Position numbers and translations under genes: made by a program. Below the pieces are notes generated by a model. That model saw only the letters and a list, made by a program, of their open reading frames with translations, was not told the origin of the DNA and did no database searches. A stretch of DNA of 64,000 nucleotides from assembly GCA_002633005.1 (NCBI GenBank), contig NMRA01000007.1, positions 2,131,839 to 2,195,838 on the forward strand, written 5' to 3'. Source of the stretch: Phoronis australis (lineage: Eukaryota; Animalia; Phoronida). This document shows positions 35,601 through 47,600 of the stretch, one piece after another. How positions within the stretch are numbered: position 1 is the first letter of the stretch; the number at the start of each line of letters is the position of its first letter.

Positions 35601-38600
35601 AGTAATTCACTTTGAATAACAAAAGTTTAACTTCCGCCATTGAGCAAGTCACACAAGCACTTATTAAGTAACTTCATAAGCATTACCTGGAGCGCTTTTC
35701 TGACCACATCTGACACAGATTTCAACACAGAATGCAGGAGGTCAAGAAGAATTTGTAACACCGGTAGTGCAGCCTTTTGGTCGGGGCGCTCATCAGGGTC
35801 CAGAGAAATGGTCGCCAAGTCAGTAAACACATTGATCACATGATCAACCAACCCTGTTCGAAATTTGGGGTCCAAATTCATTTCACAATCACCAAAATTT
35901 GAGGAACATGAGCTCAAACACATGACAAAACAAATTTTGACATTACTAGACAAGGACTGATAATGAATAAGGCTAAAAACACTCCTCCCTCAAGACAACA
36001 AACTGTAATATTGCAGGACAAATCACCATGTAGCCCTATGACTGCAAATTACATTCCCTCCACTGCCATCAAATTTTACATAGTAAAGCCTAACTAAACT
36101 GACCATTTGTACCGCTAAATCGACGCTCACAGAAGGAAGACACATCATACACGTCCTTCAAAACCGCATCCACCTTCACTAATGACCAGATAACTTCAAA
36201 TACAAAATTGACGTAACAGTGCGACCCTATTCTGCAATAGCACTGTACTATCTAGTGAATCAAAGAGTGCGTCTAGACAGAAATACCTTGATTGTACAAG
36301 TCGGTCAGATCCGTGTCCCTGTGAGTTATCAGTACATTCAGGACACTGACCACACTGGACATAGTAGAGCTGGTGGGGTTACCTTGGTGATCAACGAGCA
36401 CCTGAAACACCACGGCGACCAGGCCTTGCCCCTGCATTTGTCTAAACAAAGGAATAAATCAAAAGAAAAAAGTTCACAAAAATAAGACCAGTGAAGAATA
36501 CAGCGCACTGCTTTTGCAAGGTACTCCTTTCATTTTTACTTTTTGACGGAGTTATGAAAGGATTCTTAAACTAGAACAGGTCAACAACAGATACGAGCAA
36601 ACAACTCAGAACAAACCATTTGTTTTTCATTCACTGAATGAAAACCTACCGCAAGAACTTTTCAATTTGTGATGCTTTTCAATTCTTAAAGGTCTATTAC
36701 ATTGCCAAAGGCTCAAAAAATTTTCAAATGTTGCTAGGTACAGTTCTTACCATACAAACACTGGGAAGATTATTAAAAAATAAAATTTCTTTATCAATGT
36801 TTATATATTAAAAATTCTATTATGTCCCAAAACGTGTCCTAAATTGACGAAGATTTACCATAAATTTACTGCCATTCAACTATATTAAGAGCTTGAAAAA
36901 CACAATGAAGAAAACTCAGGACATCCAGTCCCTAAAATAATTTGACAGCTGAGTCAGGCTCACTTTACAAATGCAGGTTGCTGCTCCAGTAGAGCCAACA
37001 GAAGCTTGAGACCATAGGATGGCAGGGGGTCTTGGTCCAACAGGATCTGTTCAAACCTGAAAGCGTGATATGTCAACTCAAGTTAAATAATATCTCCACT
37101 TCATCAATAATTAATTCTTTTCAAACCATATTATGCCTATTTAAATGGAAACATTGATTTCAACGTCTCATAGAATGAATTACCAGGTTCACTCAAATCC
37201 AAACATGACTCAGCACAAGCAGGCATGCAAGAGACATCAAGTGCAATGCTTGAAGTCAACACAGCATTCCAAGCCAGCCCTTGCGTGTGAGAATCCATGA
37301 TAAGAACCATTGTGCTAACATTGTCATCCTAAAAGTACTATGCAACTGACCCCAGCCACAGCTCCTTAACATGACTCATGAAGGCAGTGGTGAAGTCTGA
37401 ACATGAAAAATTCTCAACTTCCTGTCAGTTACAACATTTTTGCTGCTGCATAAAAAGCACTGTCACCTTTGCAACAGTGTTCCAACGACCATCACTGCTA
37501 TGACCGAACAAATGACCTGTTATAAAACGGGCCTAGGAAACTTACTGTGGCAGTATCAAGGACTCAACAATCTGATGCAGCTTCTTGCTCCAATCCTTTC
37601 TCCCGCTGAATTCTTCGTCTTTGAGGAACAACGACGACATGTCGGTAAAGAGACGCAGGCTTGTTGCACGTGTCTCACCTATGGCACAATGCGAATTACA
37701 TAAAACACATAACTACAAACAACTCACGGGATAAAACCAGAGTTATCCATCAAGGGTACTGTCAGTAGTGAACAGCCGAGTGATAATCCTGTTTTTGTTC
37801 TGAGGTGCCAATCAAACACAACCAGCTGTTTCTATTGGATCACACTAAAAATTAACTATCACTGGTTGTTATCGCCCATAAATCAACTATGATATTTTCA
37901 AGTGCAAATCACACCTTTCCAATCATTACAAAATGTTTTGGGCATCTCAGTTAATCTAATAAAATTTTAACAATGCATAAAGGAAACAATAACCGAAAAC
38001 CAAACATCCAGTCTCCCAACAATAACAGTGTCCCTTTTTAATTACAGCATCACTTGTTGATTACAAGCAATCCTGACAAACAATAAAGTTTGATTTTTAA
38101 TCACGCTTCAAACTGCTAGCGTGATTGTGACGGACAAAAGTAGTGGCCAGCCACACATTAGTTCCTGGCCAATCACACGCCAGTTATTTGCAATCAAAAC
38201 CATTCTGAATTGCATTCAGGTTCAAGTGTTACCGTAACAAATTTATAATGGCAACCATTTCATCTAATCTCTCATTTTAGGGGGAAATTGAATTCGTATT
38301 ATGGTGGCAATGTGATTACAAGAAACACATATTATGAAAGAGTTTACAGCCACAGGAAAGTTATGAAATGTCTCACCATTTGAACTGGATATCATGACAG
38401 CCAGTGGAGGAAGAATTGCATCGATGACTATGCTGGAATGTTCCATGATGATTTGGGGATGTAAAGAGAGAGATTCAATGATTGACACCACAGTACGTAA
38501 GAAGTCTTCAGTGAGAGAGGTACCTTTAACAAGGAGAAATAAGTAGTCAAAACTAAAATAATTAATTATTATGTTAGTCAGAGAATAAAAGATCAAAATG

Positions 38601-41600
38601 CTAAATTGACAAGGTTACATAATAAAGCATTAAGCTACTTGGCAATCAAATTGTCAAATTACACAGGTATAGCAATTATAGCACAAGGATAAATATCTGT
38701 CTTTCTCTATTCCACAACAGCAAAAGCAAAGCGTTGAAATGCACCCATCACTGCATTGCAAATGGCGTGCTTCTAGGTGTGTTGCTTAGTATTATAACAA
38801 GAGCAACGCGGAGCGTTGAAATGCGTCCACGAATGCACCGCTAACGGTGTGCTTCTGGGGCTGTTTATTTGGAACATAAAAAATTGCAACCAAATTGCAC
38901 AAAATATGTCGAATCTATCTGAGAACTTGTGTCATCAAAGCTATTTACCAAATTTCATAAAAATCTGTCAAGGAACTTCTGAGAAAACAGAGGAAAATGA
39001 AAAAATGAAATTGCCACTAAGACGCTATAAGAGCAAAAAAACATAACTGCCACAAAGAGGCACCAAAGTAAATAAAGTCACCGGAAAATCATCGTCAGAC
39101 TTCCTTTTCCCATTAGGAACATAAATGCCAATTTCCACAACCATCCTTAGAGTGGTTTGGTTGACAGAAACGCAGACGTCAAATAACAAGACTCGAAAAC
39201 AGTAAAAATTGTCACAAGGTGGCGCAAAATGCCTCAAATTTTACTGAAAAACAGATGACAGCGTCACCTCAGTAATAGATGTCTAACTGCCAAATTTTAT
39301 GAAAATCCATTGACGATCCTTAAAGATACAGAGGTAAACGTCAAAAACTTAACTTGCCACAAGGGGGCACAGTGGTAGTTGGATTGGTACAAAACTCGTC
39401 ATTCGCCATCAACTTCTCAGGAACACATCTAACAAGTCTCATTAAGATCTTGCAAGGGATTTAGGAGATACAGCTGTCCCTGCAGAGACGACAACCATAT
39501 GCACCCAAATATGTAAAGTCTATTTAATTCGCCCTCTGTAGTAGAGTTATCTCCCTTTACGATAGTGCTGAACATCATTGGGATACCTGTGCCTGGTTGC
39601 GTGAAACGGTTCCAAATAGGGACCCAACTACGATCTCTAAATCTTTTGCATAATTATTTGTTTCGTTCTGTACTCACAATTACTTTATCTTTATTTTCTT
39701 ATAATGTAACTGAAAACCGAGCCCTTAATTGAGTCAAAATAATTAGAGACTTAGTCCTTAAATTAGGGGCATTACACGAAAAGATTCCCATTTATTTTCG
39801 GTAATAGTAAGAATTCAAGGTAGACGTGACTCTTGATTTGTATCAAAGCCAGAAACGGACTTAGTAATGAGACTCAAACAGCTTAAGAAAGGACAATCAG
39901 TGTTTTCACAAGCCTACAAATATGCTGTAGATTTAGGGAACTTAGTTGAGACACCATTTGGGACTGTTTCATGCAACTGGGTACTTATGTTTTCAGCACC
40001 TCAATGGAAATAAGTCAGGTAATCACTGAATGGCATCTTCAGAATGGTAGTCTCCTTTGAATGGAGGGGAGAAAGGTCTATAGGTCTGTGCATTACAGGT
40101 GGTTTTGCATGATTGTTATAAAAAGCAAACACACGAGGATATCAAAAACTTTAAAGTTTAAGACAAGACAAAACCGGCATTAAGCAATTTATTCACATTC
40201 ATACTAATCCATTTGCAAAGAAGAGGCAAATTTTAGATAAGACGGAAGTTTGCAAATAAGTATACATCTTGGCAAATGAAAAAATTACTCATGACAAATG
40301 AAAATGAAAGAAACATAGTTACCCAGTTCTGATAATCCGAAAGTCCGTGGTACACAAAAATGTGCAAGCAAAGGAAAACAAACAAAAGAACAGATAATTA
40401 TGTAAACTAAATTTCGAACAATCTTATTTTATGCAAATTAAACAATTCATTATTTTAACCTATATCACACATTAAGACTATCACCGAAATGAAATGGTTA
40501 AAACAATGCCTTCACACACTATTCGACACACACAGAGGCAAATATGTGGATAGAATTAAATAAAGCAGACAACCAAACTAGAGTGAAAAAGTGACCCTGC
40601 TGTGACGTGACAGCAGGTTCCAAAAACAACCAAATAATGTTTCACTTTGCACTGAAAGTTACAAACTCAGTAAACTCAACAAAACACAAAATAACACCAC
40701 TCAACCAATGCCCCAGAGAAAAAAAAGATCTCACCAGCTGAAGTCTCAATGCAGGTCTCTCCTGAGTCAATCGACTGCACATGGTTAAGGAATGTGGCAA
40801 CATGACGCATGAATTCGCTGGTGACGATGCGCGGACGGAACACTTGACTCGTCACCAGGTGTAGCAGACAAGACATGACGGGAACGTGTGCCCTAATCTG
40901 TTTGGCTTGGACAGTTGATGGGTGTTTGCGGCCATGCACGGACTCGAGTGATTCCAATGCTTGCTCTTGAAACAAAACCACGCATACCATGAGTCTGTGA
41001 AAGGCTACCGCGTGCCTTAAAGGGGAAGGCAACCTTTTTTCATGTCATTTTTAGCAAAAATAAGGTTCATTGATTATCCCAGACATATTTTTCACTTAAT
41101 TACAGCTTTTCCGCAATTTAATTAATAATTCGTCCTCTACTCCAGAAGTGACGTTTTGGGAGGCAAGAATTTCTTTTCATATAGTCCAACTATGAGAGCT
41201 GTCGAGTCAGTCGTTGTTCTACCTCGGTTGTGATAAGTTCGGTCGTCGTTTGCTTTCGTTTACGAGTCAGTCAACATGCCACACTTTTGCTGTGTACCTG
41301 GATGTACTCATTATAGCCCAGAGCCTGTAAGCAGCCCTGCTGCGATGTTGAGTAGTGAGAGTGCATACAGGCCTAGTTAGACTGCGAGTGAACAGGACAG
41401 TTTGTCGTCCAATGAACAGATCGGTGAACCTAACATGGTCAAGTTTATTGTGGACTTGTCTAAAGTATTGGAGCTATTTAGAAGGTGCCAGGTGTATGGC
41501 AAGGGAGCCAAAACGTCACTTCCGAAGTAGCAGACGAGTAATTGTTTAAATTACAAAAAGCTGTAAATAACTGAAAAATGTCTGGGATAATTAACAGACC

Positions 41601-44600
41601 TTATTTTTGCTAAAAATGATATGAAAAATGGTTGTCTTCGACTTTAATTTGGATATGAAACGAAGTCGACACAAAGACATAATCTGCTCACAGATCTCTT
41701 GAGCCCAATGTTAATTTTCAAAGTCTGGCTGTGTGAAAACAACTATGTTCAGTGACTGATTAGAATCTCTAAAACATTGTCACATTTTGTAAATTGAAAC
41801 ATCAGAATGTAAAATCTCCAAATTCTGCTAGACGTAAAACACAGCAATGCTGCTGAACAGTACAGTAGTCTCTACTAAATTAGCACAAAAACAACTGCCA
41901 AAGGCTGATTACATACTGCATATAATGGAAAATGTACCATAACTTGTTTTGTGATATCCACACAGCACGAACTGTGAAGAAATTTGACAAAGTAGTCACT
42001 TGTTGACCATACGGTTTGCTGTGCTAAGAGAAAGAATTAAAAATGTGCTTTTCATAAAAATCATGTCATAAAACACACACTCCTCTAGTTTTCAAACTCA
42101 ATTGCAAAAATGGCATACTTATTATGTTAGGCACCAGTCCTTCGATACCTTCCATCAGCAGCAGGAGACAATCAGAATGGTACTCCGTCTGCTTGTGAAT
42201 GTCTGCTTTACTTGAAGGCTGCTTCCTGCTGTCCCTCTCAATGTACATCACAAGTCTACGCAACAAATGACTATTATCATACACTTCCTGAAGTAGGCAA
42301 ATACCAAGTGGGAATACATCGTGAGAAATGGTTGACTTGAACTATTCTTTACCATTACTTGTTTGGATAACGCGACCATTCTGTTGAAGCACGAGAAAAC
42401 ATGATTTCACTAAACCTTCCACAATTTACATCTACTATTTAATATTGTTGCATTCAGTTTCTAGGTGGTTATTATTTCTCCAACTCCATGGTCATATTCA
42501 GAAAACAAATTGAAAACAAAACGAGAGAGTTTGCCCGCAAATTAAAATTAAAAAATTTTGGATTTCATTGAATGATTTCCATTACAGTCACCTGTTCTGA
42601 CAGGCAGCCAGCGCCATCTCTTGGTTGCACTTGATGACCTCAAGGAGGACCAAGAATGACTTGGCCCTGATCACCATATTGGGACTCTCCAGCAGTCGCA
42701 TCACGCGAAACACGAAGTCCTATGGCAAAAAACATCGAATGACTATAAAAAAGTTTGTCAAGTACAGAACTAATGATATGTTCTACAGGTGGGGCATATG
42801 AGCTTGTTCTTTCTCTGCACTCAAATATTTTGGGAATTTCCGAAACATCCCCCTCATATTGGCCATGGTACCAGCTATGAATTCCTGCATCTGCAATTAA
42901 GCTAATAATAGAGAAGTGTGGCTATGAATTAGTTGATAAGTAGTCAACAAGAAATGTTTAACAGACCATAGAATGACCAAAATTTTCTAATTCATTATAA
43001 TTCATTATATCGCGGTAATCGCGTCCACATTTTCCTTACATATGCCCCATGACCATTACACAAAACGATGCCAAACAAACCCCCTGTAGCAACTCTTGCT
43101 GGGTATTCTTTTGGAAATCCCGGGTACATTCTTTAAACACAGTCATGTTTACTTAATTCTCGCTGTCAAATAATAGTTGAATCTCTAAAGACAATAAAAT
43201 GTAATGTGGTCGTTCTCAAAACACAATTTAGCTGTTTGTGTTGATTCTCAAAAGGCAATCGCAACACAATTTTGATTTAAATACTAAATTCCTCATACCT
43301 TGTCAGCTGTCAGCCTATGTAGGTGTGTCCCGGACGATATCAGAACTGCAAACATAGTGACAACAGCCTGCTGTACGCGAGTGATGCCAAGCGACAAGGC
43401 GTCCAGCACAGTTGCCAAGCCCACCTTGTCAATGATGCTTTGAAAGATGGCTACAGAATGCTTAGTCAAGCGACACAATGCCTGCAACAGAGCAGCTAAA
43501 TTTTACACAACATGGACAATATAACTAAAGCTGAAGAGGCAAATGACGGGACGGGGCGTTTCATTGAAGTCACATCTAACACCGCCACATGTCTGATTAA
43601 TCGGTGCTGAACTCATTGCACAGGCTTAGAAAAATGGTTGTTAAGTTTTAATACATTGCAATGATTCACTTAATCATGATCACTGGCTTACTGTCGTATT
43701 ACCTACAACCAGACATCTAACCTTTAATGAAACAGATAATGAAAGTCAATCTATGGTGTATTAAAAGTTATTGTGACCCTCAAACAACTAAATTAACAGG
43801 CAGTATGTAGCTGGGTCTAATTCAACCAACAAACCTCCTTTGACTTAGCGGTTCCTCCGACAGAAGCTTACCACTTACCAACATGGCTGTAATGCGGAGT
43901 GCATCGACTGTTGAGTGCTTGAATAGATACCAGAGCTGGAGGCCAGTCTCGTTGTTGACAAACCTCTGTACTAGAGAACCCATAGTAGCTGCCAGGTTCT
44001 CAACAACCTTTGCTGCATAGTGGTTTACTGTGGCGTCTTCCTGGAAACAAGAGACGAGCAGTTCAAAGCAAAGCACAACTGATGTGCTGGCATTTCCTAT
44101 GTCTTTAGTAACAAGAGCAATGCGGGGTGTTGAAATACGCTCACGACTGCACCGCAAACGGCGTGCTTCTAGGAGTGTTTATTTGATGGTGCAGAATACA
44201 TTGAACCCATCCAAAATGAGAAGGTGTCGTCGTCTCTCAAAACTATTTGCCAAATTTCATGAAAATATGTCAAAGCACTCCAAAGATACAAAGGCAAACT
44301 TAAAAAAAAAAAAAATGCCATTAGAAACCTCAGTGGCAGTCGAATCCGTCCATCTGCTGTCAAGTTAATATGAACACCATAATTCCAAAATTCAAAAATA
44401 TCTTTCAAGGGGTTTAGGAGATACAGCCGTAGATGCGAAAAAATGTCACCACTGGCACCACAGTAGTTGGACCCGCTTAAAAATCCATATCAATCAGGCT
44501 CTTGTCAGTAGGAGAAAATCAGTCAATTTTCATAACGATCCTCTGCACAGTTCGGCAGGAACAGAAGCAGAAGACAAAAAGCTGACTAAAAACAATTAAC

Positions 44601-47600
44601 ATGGCCACTAAGTGGTGCAGAATACGTCGAATCCATCACAAAAAGACAGCTGCTGTTGTCCTTGTAATAGAAACAAGTTTGCCAAATTTGATGACAAAGC
44701 ATCAAGGAACTCTGAAGTTATAAAAAATTGCCACTAGGGAGCAAAGCTCAAGTTGGATTGGTCTGAAACTTGCTGCCATCTATTGCCATCTCCATACGAA
44801 CACATCTGCTAAATTTCAGAAAGATCTTGCAAAGGGTGAAGAAGATACAGCTGTGGACGCAAAAAAATTGCCACTAGGGAGAGCCATATGAGAGTACGGT
44901 ACTTGAAAATGACTGAAAATCAACATCAGCCTTGGTCTTCTCATCAGGAACACACTTCTAAATTTTAATAATGATCCTTCAAGCAGTTTGGTGGCTGGAA
45001 AGGGCGATTTCAAAAACGTAGCACTCAAAAATTTTTAAAATGGCACATTGTCAAATTCTTCCAAATACGAGAAGGCATCGTCGTCTCAATAGAAATATTT
45101 GCAAAATTTCATGATAATAGCAACGGTCACTATAAGTCGAACCTATCTGAAAACGGGAACATGTCACCATCTCTTTAATAGAAACATATTTATTTAATTT
45201 CATAAAACTCCTACAAGGTGTTTCAAAGATACATAGCAAAATGAAAAAATAAAATTGCCACTGAGAGGGCATAGCGGCAGTCAGATCTGTCCAAATGTCA
45301 TTATTGTCCGTTGTCTACTTTGTATCACTACACTTGCCCCCTGCAGAGGGTTTGTGAGATACAACAATGGACGCAAAAAAAAACTGCAACTGGGAGGCGT
45401 CACAGTAATCCTAATCATCCAGAAATGATCACCAGTCATCCTCTTCACAGTAGAAACATAAACGCCAATTTTCAAAATCATCCGTATTAGAGTGGTTTAT
45501 TTGATAGAGGGGAGGATGCCAAAAAAACAGACTAGTAAACAGTAAAAATGGCCACTAGATGGCACAAATATGTTGAATCCACTAAAAATGTGAACATGTC
45601 ATCACTTCTTTAACTGAAAGGTATAATTACGTCAAGGAACTTCCATGAAACAGAGGAAAATGGAAAAAATCAAATTGCCACTAGGGGACACAGCGTTTGT
45701 TGGATCCGTCCGAACGTTGTCATCATCCGTTGTCAACCTCATATAAATACACAAATTTAATAAAGATCCGGCAGAGGATTTAGTAGATACAGCCATGGGC
45801 GCAAAAAAACAAAAGAGCAACGCAGAGCGTTGAAATGCGCCCACAATTGCACCGCATACGGTATCCTTCTAGGGTTGTTTATTGGTACCATAAAGTGGCC
45901 AGTAGAGGGCATACTTTGCAAAATGGAAAGGCATGGTCATTGTCTCCTCAATAGGCTAGGGGCAAAATGTGAGTAATCTTCATAATACAAGCACATCCTA
46001 TACACCAGTTGCTTNAGCTGAAGAGGCAAATGACGGGACGGGGCGTTTCATTGAAGTCACATCTAACACAGCCATATGTCTGATTAATCGGTGCTGAACT
46101 CATTGCACAGGCTTAGAAAAATGGTTATTAAGTTTTAATACATTGCAATGATTCACTTAATCATGATCACAGGCTTACTGTCGTATTACCTACAACCAGA
46201 CATCTAACCTTTAATGAAACAGATAATGAAAGTGAATCTATGGTGTATTAAAAGTTACTGTGACCCTCAAACAACTAAATTAACAGGCAGTATATAGCTG
46301 GGTCTAATTCAACCAACAAACCTCCTTTGACTTAGCAGTTCCTCTGACAGAAGCTTACCACTTACCAACATGGCTGTAATGCGGAGTGCATCGACTGTTG
46401 AGTGCTTGAATAGATACCAGAGCTGGAGGCCAGTCTCGTTGTTGACAAACCTCTGTACTAGAGAACCCATAGTAGCCGCCAGGTTCTCAACAACCTTTGC
46501 CGCATAGTGGTTTACTGTGGCGTCTTCCTAGAAACAAGAGACGAGCAGTTCAAAGCAAAGCACCACCGATGTGCTGGCATTTCCTATGTCTTTAGTGACA
46601 AGAGAAATGCGGGGTGTTGAAATATGCTCACGACTGCACCGCAAATGGCATGCTTCTAGGAGTGTTTATTTGATGGCGCAGAATACATCCAAAATGAGAA
46701 GGCGTCGTCTCTCAAAATTATTTGCCAAATTTCATGAAAATCTGTCAAAGAGCTCCAAAGATACAAAGACAAACATAAAAAAAACAAACTGCCATAGAAA
46801 CCTCAGTGGCAGTCGAATCCGTCCATCTGCTGTCAAGTTAATATGAACACCATAATTCCAAAATTCAAAACATCTTGCAAGGAGTTTAAGAGATACAGAC
46901 ATAGATGCAAAAAATATCTCTACTGGCACCACAGTAGTTGGACCCGCTTAAAAATCCACATCAATCATGCTCTTGTCAGTCAATTTTCATAACGATCCTC
47001 TGCACAGTTCGGCAAGAACAGAAGCAGAAGACAAAAAGCTGACTAAACAATTAACATGGCCACTAAGTGGTGCAGAATACGTCAAATCCATCACGAAAAA
47101 GAAAGCTGCTGTCGTCCTTGTAATAGAAACTAGTTTGCCAAATTTGATAAAAAAGCATAAAGGAACTCTGAAGTTGTAGATACAAATGTAAAAAATTGCC
47201 ACTAGAGAGCACAGCTCTAGTTCGATTGGTCTGAAACTCGTCATAATCTGTTGCCATCTCCATACGAACACATTTGCTAAATTTCAGAAAGATCTTGCAA
47301 AGTGTAAAGGAGATACAGCCGTGGACGCAAAAAAATTGCCACTAGTGAGTGCCAGATGAGAGTACTTGAAAACGTCCAAAAATCAACATCAGCCTTGGTC
47401 TTCTCATCAGGAACACACTTCCAAATTTTAATAATGATCCTTCAAACAGTTTGGTGGCTGGAAAGGGCATTTCAAAATCGTAATATTCAAAAATTTTTAA
47501 AATGGCGTATTGTCAAATTCGTCAAAATACGAGAAGACATCGTCGTTTCAATAAAAATAATTGCAAAATTTCATAATAACAACGGCCACTATAAGTCGAA

